Positions 40,434-50,198 of a stretch of DNA of 64,000 bases are shown in pieces (the stretch's first letter is position 1; the number at the start of each line of letters is the position of its first letter). Source of the stretch: Candidatus Poriferisocius sp. (lineage in GTDB: Bacteria > Actinomycetota > Acidimicrobiia > Acidimicrobiales > Bin134). Under the pieces are notes generated by a model. That model made no database searches. It saw only the letters and a list, made by a program, of their open reading frames with translations, and was not told the origin of the DNA. A program made the position numbers and the translations under genes. The stretch spans positions 2,655,811 to 2,719,810 of the forward strand of contig NZ_OZ241977.1 in assembly GCF_965204145.1 (NCBI RefSeq), written 5' to 3'.

Positions 40434-41716
40434 GGGACCGGGCTGAAGGAGATGAACTGATCCCGGCCGGGACCAACGCCGACCAGGGTGGCGGGCACGC
40501 CAGCCTGCTCTTCGATGAACCGCAGATAGTCCTCAGCCTCTTGGGGCAGCTCGGAGCGATCGCCGACTTCGCTCAGGTCGGTGCGCCAGCCGGGCAGCTC
40601 TTCGTAGATCGGCACCGCACGGTGGATCTCCGATTGGTGGTAGGGCATCGAGTTGCTGCGCTCCCCATCTACTTCGTAGGCCACGCACACCTTGATGGGG
40701 TCGAGGGCGTCCAGCACGTCGAGTTTGGTGATGGCCAGGTCTGACAGGGAGTTGACTCGGACCGCGTGGCGCAGCATCACCGTGTCCAGCCATCCGCACC
40801 GGCGGCGGCGCAAGGTGTTGGTGCCGTACTCGCGACCCACATCCACCAAGTGGTCGCCGATCTCGTCGGTGAGCTCGCAGGGGAACGGCCCCGAACCCAC
40901 CCGGCTGATATATGCCTTGGTGACCCCGATCACCCGGTCGATGTGCCGAGGGCCGATGCCCGCCCCCACGCAGACTCCGCCGGCCACTGGGTTGGATGAG
41001 GTAACGAACGGGTAGGTGCCGTGGTCGAGATCGAGGAACATGGCCTGGGCCCCTTCGAACAGGACGTTCTGGCCAGCCTCCAAGGCATCGTGAACCAACC
41101 CCACCGTGTCGGCAATGTGAGGCTCCAAGCGTGGACGGCACTCTTCCAGGTACTGATCGGCCAGCGATTCGAGATCGAACGGCAGCCGGTTGTACACCTT
41201 GGCCAGCAGCGGGTTCTTCTCGTGCAATACCACGCCCAGCTTCTCCCGGAAGATCTTGGGGTCGAGCAGATCCTGGACCCGTAGCCCCACCCGAGCCGCC
41301 TTGTCGGCGTAAGCCGGGCCGATGCCCCGCTTGGTGGTGCCCAGCTTGTTGCGCCCCAGATGGCGCTCGGCCACCACATCCAGCGTCTGGTGATACGGCA
41401 GGATGAGGTGGGCGTTGCCGCTGATCTTCAGCCGGCCGCAGTCGACCCCGGCCTCTGACAGTCGGTCCATCTCCGCAATGAGCACCTTGGGGTCGATCAC
41501 CACCCCGTTGCCGATCATCGGGATCACATGGGGATAGAGAACCCCGCTGGGAACGAGCTGGAGCTTGAACGTCTGGCCCTCCACAACCAGGGTGTGACCG
41601 GCGTTGTGGCCGCCCTGGTAGCGCACCACCATGTCCATGTCGCGGGCGAGGAGGTCGGTGAACTTGCCCTTGCCCTCGTCACCCCATTGCGTCCCGACGA
41701 CCACGGTTGCTGGCAA
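40430..41716 (-). CDS. purA: adenylosuccinate synthetase
   Basis: '[19 protein letters not shown]', '[11 protein letters not shown]', '[15 protein letters not shown]' and '[12 protein letters not shown]'. Confidence 0.9.
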   Translation of the reverse strand: MPATVVVGTQWGDEGKGKFTDLLARDMDMVVRYQGGHNAGHTLVVEGQTFKLQLVPSGVLYPHVIPMIGNGVVIDPKVLIAEMDRLSEAGVDCGRLKISGNAHLILPYHQTLDVVAERHLGRNKLGTTKRGIGPAYADKAARVGLRVQDLLDPKIFREKLGVVLHEKNPLLAKVYNRLPFDLESLADQYLEECRPRLEPHIADTVGLVHDALEAGQNVLFEGAQAMFLDLDHGTYPFVTSSNPVAGGVCVGAGIGPRHIDRVIGVTKAYISRVGSGPFPCELTDEIGDHLVDVGREYGTNTLRRRRCGWLDTVMLRHAVRVNSLSDLAITKLDVLDALDPIKVCVAYEVDGERSNSMPYHQSEIHRAVPIYEELPGWRTDLSEVGDRSELPQEAEDYLRFIEEQAGVPATLVGVGPGRDQFISFSPVP

Positions 41717-41799
41717 TGCACTACCCCATCAGCGTGGCTTACGAACCGACACTACTCGCGCCATGCCGGTGGTTGACCACCATTAAATTCAGCCCAGCG

Positions 41800-42789
41800 T
41801 CATCTCACCATACGGGACAGGGTGAGCGCGTAGTCTCCTCGGGCGTCGGTCCACAAGCGCTCCATGGCCAAGCCCACGCTGGCCAGTTCGGAGCCGATGT
41901 TCTCGGGCCGGAACTTGGCGCTGATCTCGGTCCGCATGCGCTCCCCTTGGGCGAAGTCCACCATCGTGCCCAAGCCGCCGATGGTCACTCGTTGCGCGCA
42001 ACGCGACCGCAGCCACATCTCAATCCACTCTTCTTCGATATCAAAACGAGCCTCGTGCTCGAACTGCTCAAGATCGAAGTCAGCATCGAGGCGGTGGTTG
42101 ATCACCGACAGCACGTTGCGGTTGAACGCCGCGGTCACCCCCTCGGGGTCGTCATAGGCCGCAATCAGCCGGTCGTGATCCTTCACCAAGTCGAAGCCCA
42201 GCAGGAAGGTGTCGCCCGGCGCCATTGTGTCGGCCACGCTGGCCAGAAAGTCTTTGCGAGGGGCGGTGGGAAAGTTGCCGATCGTGCCCCCCAGAAGCAT
42301 CAGCAGCCGGCAGCCGCCATCGGGGACGTGGCCCAAGTGGTGCTCGAAGTCGCCGACCACCCCGTGGACGGCCAGCCCCTTATAGGCCGCGGCCAACTCT
42401 TTGGCCGCGGCCCGCAGCGTGGCCTCGCTGTTGTCGAACGGCACATAGCGGCGGAGCCGGCCGGTGGCGGCAAGGGCGTCCAGCACGATCCGGGTCTTCT
42501 CCGAGGTGCCCGACCCCAGTTCCACCACGGTGTCGGCCCCCGACCGCTCGGCGATCACGTCGACTTCTCGCTCGAGGATCTCCCGCTCCCTCCGGGTGGG
42601 GTAGTAGTCGGGCAGCCTTGTGATCTGGTCGAAAAGCTCGCTGCCCCGGTCGTCGTAGAACCACTTGGGGGGCAGCTCTTTGGGCTGGGAGGTGAGCCCC
42701 TCGGCCACGTCGACCCGAAGCGCTCGATCGATCCAAGCGCGATCTAAATGGACGTCGACGACCGGCTCAACAAAAACGCGACCTGGCAT
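41800..42789 (-). CDS. egtD: L-histidine N-alpha-methyltransferase (ergothioneine pathway)
   Basis: 'LPPKWFYDDRGSELFDQITRLPDYYPTRREREIL' and 'VELGSGTSEKTR' give the EgtD signature. The gene is adjacent to egtB. Confidence 0.85.
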   Translation of the reverse strand: MPGRVFVEPVVDVHLDRAWIDRALRVDVAEGLTSQPKELPPKWFYDDRGSELFDQITRLPDYYPTRREREILEREVDVIAERSGADTVVELGSGTSEKTRIVLDALAATGRLRRYVPFDNSEATLRAAAKELAAAYKGLAVHGVVGDFEHHLGHVPDGGCRLLMLLGGTIGNFPTAPRKDFLASVADTMAPGDTFLLGFDLVKDHDRLIAAYDDPEGVTAAFNRNVLSVINHRLDADFDLEQFEHEARFDIEEEWIEMWLRSRCAQRVTIGGLGTMVDFAQGERMRTEISAKFRPENIGSELASVGLAMERLWTDARGDYALTLSRMVR

Positions 42790-44060
42790 TACACGTCCTG
42801 AGCCAGACGCATCCCGGAGAAGTGCCAGCGGGTGTGGGGATGGAAGAAGTTGCGATAGGTGGCCCGGATGTGCCCCGGCGGAGTCACACAGGCACCGCCC
42901 CGGAGCACAAATTGGTTGACCATGAACTTGCCGTTGTACTCCCCCACCGCTCCCGGCGCCGGCCGAAACCCGGGATAGGGGCCGTAGGGGCTAGACGTCC
43001 ACTCCCACACGTCTCCGAAGAGCTGGCTCAGGCCGTCGCCAGCCGCGGGTGCGGGATGCCATCGACCCTGGTCTCCCAGGTTGCCTCCTGGTTTCTGCTC
43101 AGCGGCGGCGTGCTCCCACTCGGCCTCGGTGGGGAGCCGGGCACCGGCCCAGCGGGCAAAGGCATCGGCCTCGTAGTAGGACAGATGGCACACCGGCTCG
43201 TCGGGCGACAGTGGCTCAAGACCATGCAGGGTAAACACCCGCCAGCCGTCTTCGGAGTGGAAGTCCCAGTACGACGGGGCCTCCCAGCCATACTCCTGCC
43301 TTTGATACCAGCCGTCCGACAGCCACAGGGTGGGGGTGCTGTAGCCGCCGTCGGCCATGAACTCCAGCCACTGGCCGCAGGTCACCAGCCGGTTGGCGAG
43401 CCGATACGGGGGGAGGATGGTCCGGTGGCGGGGGCCCTCGTTGTCGAAGGCGAAGCCAGCGCCGTCGTGTCCCACCCACACATCTCCGCCCTCGAAACAG
43501 GTCCAGTCGGCCGCCGGCTGACCATTGTCCGACACCGCCGCTAGCGCGGGAGGGAGATCGTGGTAGGCAGGCCACAGCGCTCGGTTGGTCGACAGCACGT
43601 GCTTGATGTCCATGAGCAACAGCTCTTGGTGCTGCTGCTCATGATGGAGGCCCAACAGCACCAACTCAGCGGTGGCATCATCGAGCGGGCGAGCCAGCAA
43701 CTCGGCCATGGCCTGGTCTACATGAGACCGGTAGGCGGCCACTTCCTCGCACGATGGTCGGGAGAGATTGCCCCGCTCGGGCCGAGGATGGCGATCCCCG
43801 ACCGTCTCGTAGTACGAGTTGAACAGGAAACCGAACGCCGGGTGGTACTCGCGATAGCCCTCCAATCGGGTTTTGAGCAGGAAGGTCTCGAAGAACCAGG
43901 TCACGTGGGCCCGGTGCCACTTGGTCGGGCTGACATCGGGCATCGACTGGATGCACTGGTCCTCGTTGCTCAACGGAGCGGCGAGCGCGTCGGTGTAGGA
44001 CCGAACGGTCTGGTAGCCCACCAAGAGGTCGGAAAGGTCGGAGGCGAGGGTCACGGTCAC
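42789..44060 (-). CDS. egtB: hercynine sulfoxide synthase (DinB_2 + FGE-sulfatase domains)
   Basis: The N-terminal part has 'SPTKWHRAHVTWFFETF'. The C-terminal FGE-like part has 'GDVWEWTSSPYGPYPGF...NGKFMVNQFVLRGGACVT'. It overlaps the egtD start by 1 nt. Confidence 0.85.
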   Translation of the reverse strand: MTVTLASDLSDLLVGYQTVRSYTDALAAPLSNEDQCIQSMPDVSPTKWHRAHVTWFFETFLLKTRLEGYREYHPAFGFLFNSYYETVGDRHPRPERGNLSRPSCEEVAAYRSHVDQAMAELLARPLDDATAELVLLGLHHEQQHQELLLMDIKHVLSTNRALWPAYHDLPPALAAVSDNGQPAADWTCFEGGDVWVGHDGAGFAFDNEGPRHRTILPPYRLANRLVTCGQWLEFMADGGYSTPTLWLSDGWYQRQEYGWEAPSYWDFHSEDGWRVFTLHGLEPLSPDEPVCHLSYYEADAFARWAGARLPTEAEWEHAAAEQKPGGNLGDQGRWHPAPAAGDGLSQLFGDVWEWTSSPYGPYPGFRPAPGAVGEYNGKFMVNQFVLRGGACVTPPGHIRATYRNFFHPHTRWHFSGMRLAQDV

Positions 44061-44102
44061 AGGAGCGGCAGGGGTTGCACTCTACTAGGAAGTCGCGGCG
44101 GT

Positions 44103-44441
44103 TCAGACTCTTCGATACAGCACGATGTCGGCCCGCTTCGACTCCAGTTCCTGGGTGAGGCGCGCCACCTGGGCCTTGAGCCGGGCCACTTCTTTCTCCA
44201 AGGCCAGCACTCGCTCCACGCCGTCGAGATTCATGCCCTCGCTGGTGAGCTCGTGTACCCGGCGCAGCTTGTCGATGTCGGCGTCGCTGTAGCGCCGACT
44301 CCCGCCGCCAGTGCGGGCCGGCTGCACCAATCCCCTCCGGTCGTAGATCCGCAGGGTTTGGGGATGGATGCCGGCCAACTCGGCGGCCACCGAGATGACG
44401 TACACCGCCCGATCGCGGCCTCGGGGATCGATCATGGTCAC
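44103..44441 (-). CDS. hspR: MerR-family heat-shock repressor
   Basis: 'VYVISVAAELAGIHPQTLRIYDRRGLVQPART' is a MerR HTH. It is the last gene of the dnaK operon and overlaps the dnaJ stop by 4 nt. Confidence 0.85.
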   Translation of the reverse strand: MTMIDPRGRDRAVYVISVAAELAGIHPQTLRIYDRRGLVQPARTGGGSRRYSDADIDKLRRVHELTSEGMNLDGVERVLALEKEVARLKAQVARLTQELESKRADIVLYRRV

Positions 44442-45331
44442 GCCTCCATCGACTTTTCGTATGCTTCCAGAGCCTGGCGCTGCTCGTCGTTCAGCTCAGT
44501 GGGAACCTCCAGGTCCACCGTCACCAAGAGATCGCCGGTTCCCTTGGGGGTCTCCACGCCCCTGCCCCGAACCCGCAAGACTTTTCCGGGCTGGCTGCCG
44601 GGGGGCAGACGCAGCGTCACCGGATCGCCCTCGAAAGTGGGCACCGAGACCTCCGCTCCCAATGCGGCCTGGGCGAACGTCACCGGCACGGTGACGGTGA
44701 GATTCTTGCCCTGGCGGCCGAACACCGGGTGAGACTTGACGTTGACCGTCACGTACAGGTCGCCGGGCGGACCGCCATTGAACCCCGGCTCGCCTTTGCC
44801 GGCCAGCTTGATCTTCTGGCCGTTGCCCACCCCGGCAGGGATGCGCACTGAGATGGTGCGCCCAGACCGGGCGGTATCGCCGCTGAGCGTCAAGTCGGTG
44901 GTAGCACCCCGTACCGCCTCGGCGAAGTCCAGGGCCAGGTGGGCGTTGAGATCGTGGCCTCGAACCGGGCGGTTCTGGCCGCTGAACGGGGGACCGCCCC
45001 GGTCGAAACGGCCGCCGCCCATGAAGGCAGAGAAGACATCGGCCAGATCGCCCTCCATGGTGAAGCCGCCCGGCCCGGCTTGGAAGTTCATGGGCCCCAT
45101 GTGGCGCACCTGGTCGTATTGGGCCCGGCGCTCGCCGTCGCCCAGCACGTCGTAGGCGGCCGACACCTCCTTGAACCGCTCCTCGGCCTTGGCGTCCTCA
45201 GGGTTGGCGTCGGGGTGAAGCTTGCGGGCCAGCTTGCGGTAGGCCTTGGTGATCTCCTTGTCAGACGCCGAGGAGGAGACGCCGAGGACCTTGTAATAGT
45301 CGGTCTCCAGCCATTCTCGTTTCACGTCCAT
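44438..45331 (-). CDS. dnaJ: J-domain co-chaperone lacking the zinc-finger (CbpA/class B-like DnaJ)
   Basis: The J domain is 'DYYKVLGVSSSASDKEITKAYRKLARKLHPDANP', followed by a G/F region and C-terminal beta domains. The 297-aa sequence contains no Cys at all, so there are no CxxCxGxG repeats. Confidence 0.85.
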   Translation of the reverse strand: MDVKREWLETDYYKVLGVSSSASDKEITKAYRKLARKLHPDANPEDAKAEERFKEVSAAYDVLGDGERRAQYDQVRHMGPMNFQAGPGGFTMEGDLADVFSAFMGGGRFDRGGPPFSGQNRPVRGHDLNAHLALDFAEAVRGATTDLTLSGDTARSGRTISVRIPAGVGNGQKIKLAGKGEPGFNGGPPGDLYVTVNVKSHPVFGRQGKNLTVTVPVTFAQAALGAEVSVPTFEGDPVTLRLPPGSQPGKVLRVRGRGVETPKGTGDLLVTVDLEVPTELNDEQRQALEAYEKSMEA

Positions 45332-45349
45332 GCTCCGATTGCCTCCGCC

Positions 45350-45910
45350 CTACCCCCGGACCTTCACCATGGCGGGCCGCAGCACTCGGCTGTTCCACTC
45401 ATAGCCAGCCCGCAGAACCTCGGCGATCACCGCCTCTCCCTCTCCCGGCTCGTGGACAACGGCCTCGTGGCAGGTGGGATCGAACGGCGCGCCGGGATCG
45501 TCCAGCTTGGCCAATCCCTCTTTCTCCAGCGCACCGAACAGCGCGTCTCGTATGGGGATGACATCTTCGGCGCCTTGGGCCACGGCGGCATCACAGGCGT
45601 CGAGCACCGGCAGCACCTTCTCCACGATTTCGGCCGCGGCCATGGCCACCGTCTCCTGCTGGCGCTCGACCGACTTGCGACGGAAGTTGGCAAACTCGGC
45701 GGTCACCCGCTGAAGGTCATTGAGATAGCCGTCCCGCTGGGCCACCAGCTCCTCCATTGAAGGCGCTGGCTCCTGAAGGCCATCGACATCCTGGAGCTGC
45801 TCGTCGGCAGACTGCTCATCGGCAGACTGCTCGTCAGCAGACTGCTCGTCGGGAGACTGCTCGTCAGCAATCTCCTCCTCGGCTCGTTGTGCCGCAGCCT
45901 CCTCGCTCAC
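45350..45910 (-). CDS. grpE: nucleotide exchange factor GrpE
   Basis: '[25 protein letters not shown]' and '[10 protein letters not shown]' are GrpE motifs. The N-terminus carries a repeated acidic stretch, '[20 protein letters not shown]'. Confidence 0.85.
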   Translation of the reverse strand: MSEEAAAQRAEEEIADEQSPDEQSADEQSADEQSADEQLQDVDGLQEPAPSMEELVAQRDGYLNDLQRVTAEFANFRRKSVERQQETVAMAAAEIVEKVLPVLDACDAAVAQGAEDVIPIRDALFGALEKEGLAKLDDPGAPFDPTCHEAVVHEPGEGEAVIAEVLRAGYEWNSRVLRPAMVKVRG

Positions 45911-47763
45911 GGGGAGCTTCCGTCTTCTTCGTCTTCGACAATCTCGGCGTCGACGATGGTGTCGTCATCCGGGGAAGTATCAGCACCCCCATCAGCGAAG
46001 CCGCCGGGAGCGTCGCCCGCCGCAGCAGCGGCCTGCTCGTACATGGCCGCGCCGATCTGCTGGCTGATGGCCGACAGCTCCTCGGTAGCCGAGCGAATGC
46101 GGTCCAGGTCCTTTTCGTTGATGGCCGATTTCAGAGCTGCCAGCTTGGCCTCAACCTCGGCGCGCTGGGCGGCATCCACCGAGTCGCCGGCCTCGGCCAG
46201 CAGCTTCTCCACCTGGTACACCAGGCTGTCGGCGTTGTTGACGGCCTCGGCCTCCTCCCGGCGACGGGCGTCCTCGGCGGCATGGGCCTCGGCGTCGGCG
46301 ACCATCTGATCGATGGTGCCCTTGTCCAGCGAGCTCTGCCCGGTGATGGTGATGGACTGCTCTTTTTCGGTAGCCCGGTCTTTGGCCGAAACATGGACGA
46401 TGCCGTTGGCGTCGATGTCGAAGGTCACCTCGATCTGAGGAACCCCGCGGGGGGCCGGAGGAAGGTCCACCAGCTGGAATTTGCCCAGCGTCTTGTTGTA
46501 AGTGGCCATCTCCCGCTCGCCCTGGAGCACATGGATCTCCACTGTGGGCTGGTTGTCATCCGCAGTGGTGAACACCTCGGTTCGACGAGTGGGGATGGTG
46601 GTGTTGCGCTCGATGAGGCGAGTCATCACCCCGCCTTTGGTCTCGATGCCCAGTGACAGCGGCGTCACGTCCAAGAGCAACACGTCTTTGACCTCGCCTT
46701 TGAGCACGCCGGCCTGCACGGCGGCGCCCACTGCGACCACCTCGTCGGGGTTGACTCCCTGATGGGGCTGGGTCCCGGTCATGCCGGTCACCAAGTCGAC
46801 CACTGCGGGCATCCGGGTAGAGCCGCCCACCAGGATCACGTGGTCTATGTCGCCCGCCGACAAGCCGGCGTCGGACAGGGCCTGCTCGAACGGCTTGCGG
46901 CACCGGTCCAGCAGGTCGCTGGTGAGATCTTGGAACTTGGCCCGGGTCAGTTCGTAGTCCATGTGGAGCGGCCCGGCGTCGGTGGCAGTGATGAACGGCA
47001 GGTTCACATTGGTGCTCTGGGTTTGCGACAGCTCGATCTTGGCCCGTTCCGCGCCCTCCTTGAGCCGCTGCATGGCCATGTTGTCCTTGCTCAGGTCGAC
47101 CCCGTGGTCGTTTCGAAACGAGTCCACCAGCCAGCCGATCACCCGGTCGTCCCAGTCATCGCCGCCCAGGGCGGTGTCGCCGCTGGTGGACTTGACTTCG
47201 AACACCCCGTCGCCGATCTCCAGGATGGACACATCGAAGGTGCCTCCGCCCAGGTCGAAAACCAGAATGGTCTGGTCGGTGTCGCCCTTGTCGAGGCCGT
47301 AGGCCAGTGCGGCCGCGGTGGGCTCGTTGATGATCCGCAGCACCTCAAGGCCGGCGATGGTGCCAGCCTCTTTGGTGGCGGTGCGCTGGGCGTCGTCGAA
47401 GTAGGCCGGGACAGTGATCACCGCCTCGGCAACCTCGGTGCCCAAGTAGGTCTCGGCGTCCCGCTTGAGCTTTTGCAGGACCCGAGCCGAGATCTCCTGG
47501 CTGCTGTAGTCCTTGCCGTCGATGCTCTCCGACCAGTTCGTGCCGACGTGGCGCTTGACCGAGCGGATGGTGCGATCAGGGTTGGTGATGGCCTGGCGTT
47601 TGGCCACCTCGCCAACCAGCACTTCTCCCTCCTTGGAGAACGCCACCACCGACGGGGTCGTACGAGAACCCTCGGTGTTGGCGATAACGGTTGGCTCACC
47701 GCCTTCGAGCACGGCGACCACGCTGTTTGTGGTGCCCAAATCGATGCCGACAACCTTTCCCAT
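45907..47763 (-). CDS. dnaK: molecular chaperone DnaK (Hsp70)
   Basis: From the ATG at 47763: '[18 protein letters not shown]', '[10 protein letters not shown]' and '[11 protein letters not shown]'. The 33 codons upstream in the track ORF are not Hsp70-like. Confidence 0.95.
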   Translation of the reverse strand: MGKVVGIDLGTTNSVVAVLEGGEPTVIANTEGSRTTPSVVAFSKEGEVLVGEVAKRQAITNPDRTIRSVKRHVGTNWSESIDGKDYSSQEISARVLQKLKRDAETYLGTEVAEAVITVPAYFDDAQRTATKEAGTIAGLEVLRIINEPTAAALAYGLDKGDTDQTILVFDLGGGTFDVSILEIGDGVFEVKSTSGDTALGGDDWDDRVIGWLVDSFRNDHGVDLSKDNMAMQRLKEGAERAKIELSQTQSTNVNLPFITATDAGPLHMDYELTRAKFQDLTSDLLDRCRKPFEQALSDAGLSAGDIDHVILVGGSTRMPAVVDLVTGMTGTQPHQGVNPDEVVAVGAAVQAGVLKGEVKDVLLLDVTPLSLGIETKGGVMTRLIERNTTIPTRRTEVFTTADDNQPTVEIHVLQGEREMATYNKTLGKFQLVDLPPAPRGVPQIEVTFDIDANGIVHVSAKDRATEKEQSITITGQSSLDKGTIDQMVADAEAHAAEDARRREEAEAVNNADSLVYQVEKLLAEAGDSVDAAQRAEVEAKLAALKSAINEKDLDRIRSATEELSAISQQIGAAMYEQAAAAAGDAPGGFADGGADTSPDDDTIVDAEIVEDEEDGSSP

Positions 47764-47846
47764 CGTGTTTGACTCCTTGTGTAATCGGGTTTTCCCCGCA
47801 TTATTTGCGACTTCCAGGATACCCTGCAAATTGCCATATCCCAAAA

Positions 47847-47867
47847 CTTGAGTGATATCCACTAAGG
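47847..47867. promoter_or_regulatory. HAIR-like inverted repeat (putative HspR operator) upstream of dnaK
   Basis: 'CTTGAGT-GATATCC-ACTAAGG' compared with the HAIR consensus CTTGAGT-N7-ACTCAAG. The left half is perfect and the right half has 2 mismatches. It lies 84-104 nt upstream of the dnaK start. Confidence 0.55.
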
Positions 47868-47891
47868 GTTGGAGCCGCTACGCTGCCCTGA

Positions 47892-48650
47892 GTGAATCCA
47901 GCGACCCTGATCCTGCTCCGCCACGGCCAGAGCCAGTGGAACGCCTCCAACCAGTTCACCGGCTGGTACGACTGCGACCTGACCCCAAAGGGCGAGGACG
48001 AAGCCCGGGCCGGTGGAACGGCGCTGGCCGGGGCCGGACTCCTGCCCGACGTCGTGCACACCTCGGTGCAGACACGGGCGATCCGCACCGCTGAACTGGC
48101 CCTCGCCGAGATGGATCGGAGCGGAGTGCCGATGAAGCGGCACTGGCGGCTGAATGAGCGCCACTACGGCGACCTCACCGGGCTGGACAAGACCGAGACC
48201 CGCCAGCGCTATGGCGACGAGCAACTCAACGCCTGGCGCCGGGGATATCGCACGCCGCCCCCGGCCATCGCCGACGACAACCCGTGGAATCCCAACGGCG
48301 ACCCCCGCTACGCCCACATCCCTCCGGAGCTGTTGCCCAGAAGCGAGTGCCTGGCCGATGTGGTGGAACGGCTGATGCCCTACTGGCACGACGAGGTGGT
48401 CCCCGATCTGCGGGCCGGGCAATTGGTGCTGATCTCGGCCCACGGCAACAGCCTGCGGGCCCTGGCCAAGCACCTCGATCAGATCGACGACGACGCCATC
48501 GCCGAGCTCAACATCCCCACCGGCATGCCGCTGGTGTACGAGCTGGGACCGGACATGATGCCCATCGAGGCCAAGACGACGCTCGCCCGCTCGCTCGACC
48601 CCGCTGCGGCGGCCGAGGCCGCCTCAGCAGTGGCCAAACAAGCGGGCTAA
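47892..48650 (+). CDS. gpmA: 2,3-bisphosphoglycerate-dependent phosphoglycerate mutase
   Basis: '[26 protein letters not shown]', '[12 protein letters not shown]' and '[11 protein letters not shown]'. Confidence 0.9.
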   Translation: MNPATLILLRHGQSQWNASNQFTGWYDCDLTPKGEDEARAGGTALAGAGLLPDVVHTSVQTRAIRTAELALAEMDRSGVPMKRHWRLNERHYGDLTGLDKTETRQRYGDEQLNAWRRGYRTPPPAIADDNPWNPNGDPRYAHIPPELLPRSECLADVVERLMPYWHDEVVPDLRAGQLVLISAHGNSLRALAKHLDQIDDDAIAELNIPTGMPLVYELGPDMMPIEAKTTLARSLDPAAAAEAASAVAKQAG

Positions 48651-48673
48651 GCGCCTGTCAGGCTGTAGGAGTG

Positions 48674-50038
48674 TCAGCCCACAGAGGTGGAGGTGTCCGG
48701 GCCGTAGCCGGGCACTCCATGCTCGTGGAGGTCGAGACCACCAATCTCTTCCTCACGAGACACCCGTAGACCCATCGTCTTCTTCATCACTGCGAACAAG
48801 ATGCCGGTGGTGATGGTCACCCAGGCGAACACCAGCACGACGCCGATGAGCTGGACCAGAAGTTGGTCGCCGCCGCCGCCGTAGAACAGGCCAGCCTTGT
48901 CGGTGGCCACGAAGCCGTCGGCATAACGGGAGAACAGCCCTACAGCGAGGGTCCCCCACACGCCGCATACGCCGTGGACTGAGATGGCGCCCACCGGGTC
49001 GTCCACTCCCTTGCGGTCGAAGAACAGCACCGAGTACACCACGATGGCTCCGGCGATGCCCCCGGTCACCACCGCACCCATGGGGTTCATGGTGGCAGTA
49101 CCGGCGGTAATGCCCACCAGCCCGGCCAGCACGCCATTACCTGTCATGGCCACGTCCAGCGAGCCGGTTTTGCGCCAGATGACGGCGCCGGCGACCAAAC
49201 CGCCAGCGGCCGCGGCCAACAGCGTGGTCAACGCGGCGTGCATCACCACATTGTCGGCAGCCAGCTCTGAGCCGGGGTTGAACCCGAACCAGCCGAACCA
49301 AAGGATGAACACCCCCAGCACGACGAAAGCGATGTTGTGGCCGGGCAGGGCCCGAGGGTTGCCGTTCTCGTCGTATTTCCCGATCCGGGGTCCGAGGAAG
49401 ATGGCCCCCATCAAGGCGGCCCAGCCACCGGTGCTGTGCACAATGGTGGAGCCGGCGAAGTCGCCGAACTTGGCGTCGCCGATCTCCAAGTCGGCGATAA
49501 GGCCGTCACCGCCCCAGAAGGAGTGGACCACCACCGGGTAGATCAGCGCAGTCATAAAGAAGCTGAACACCAAGTAGGCGGAGAACTTGGTCCGCTCGGC
49601 CATGGCGCCTGAGGCAATGGTCACCGCGGTGGCGGCGAACACCACCTGGAAGAAGAAGTCGGTGGGGCCGCTGAGGCCGCCATCGATGGCGTTGGACATG
49701 CCGCTCAAGAAAAAGCCGTCGGTGCCGAACACAGATCCCGCATCGGTCCCGTAGGCGATGCCGAAGCCAAAGGCAAAGAAGGCCAAGGCGCCAATACACA
49801 TGTCAGCCAGGTTCTTGGCCATGATGTTCCCGACGTTCTTGGCCCGGGTCATCCCCGCCTCGACCATGCCGAAGCCGGCCTGCATCAAGAACACCAAGAT
49901 GCCGGCGATGAACACCCAGAGGTTGTCCATCACCGCCTGCACCGCTTCGGCACCGCCGTCTTGGGCTGCTGCGGGAACAACCCCAATGAGCACTGTCCCG
50001 GCGGCAATCAGCGCTCCGACTCCGAATTTCCTTTTCAT
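48674..50038 (-). CDS. amt: ammonium transporter
   Basis: 'VFLMQAGFGMVEAG', 'DFAGSTIVHSTGGWAAL' and 'HGVCGVWGTLAVGLF'. The ATG at 50038 gives a signal-like 'MKRKFGVGALIAAGTVLIGVVPAAAQ'. Confidence 0.9.
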   Translation of the reverse strand: MKRKFGVGALIAAGTVLIGVVPAAAQDGGAEAVQAVMDNLWVFIAGILVFLMQAGFGMVEAGMTRAKNVGNIMAKNLADMCIGALAFFAFGFGIAYGTDAGSVFGTDGFFLSGMSNAIDGGLSGPTDFFFQVVFAATAVTIASGAMAERTKFSAYLVFSFFMTALIYPVVVHSFWGGDGLIADLEIGDAKFGDFAGSTIVHSTGGWAALMGAIFLGPRIGKYDENGNPRALPGHNIAFVVLGVFILWFGWFGFNPGSELAADNVVMHAALTTLLAAAAGGLVAGAVIWRKTGSLDVAMTGNGVLAGLVGITAGTATMNPMGAVVTGGIAGAIVVYSVLFFDRKGVDDPVGAISVHGVCGVWGTLAVGLFSRYADGFVATDKAGLFYGGGGDQLLVQLIGVVLVFAWVTITTGILFAVMKKTMGLRVSREEEIGGLDLHEHGVPGYGPDTSTSVG

Positions 50039-50095
50039 ATGACCGGCCCTCCTTCGCCGTTTCTGCGCCCGCGCCACTGCGGCCCCGGCGCAATC

Positions 50096-50144
50096 GGAAA
50101 CACGGTAGAAAGACCAGGTTTCACGATTGTTTCTGCGCTGTGAA
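50096..50144. promoter_or_regulatory. array of GAAAC/GTTTC pentamers in the amt upstream region (possible GlnR-type box)
   Basis: On the amt (minus) strand the sequence reads 'TTCAC-agcgca-GAAAC-aatcgt-GAAAC-ctggtc-TTTCT-accgt-GTTTC'. The 6-nt spacers resemble the actinobacterial GlnR half-site layout gTnAc-n6-GaAAc. Confidence 0.3.
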
Positions 50145-50198
50145 TTTCAAGCAGGCCGTGTCGAGTTCGTACTGCCTGCTTGAGTACGGAACCGGAGG

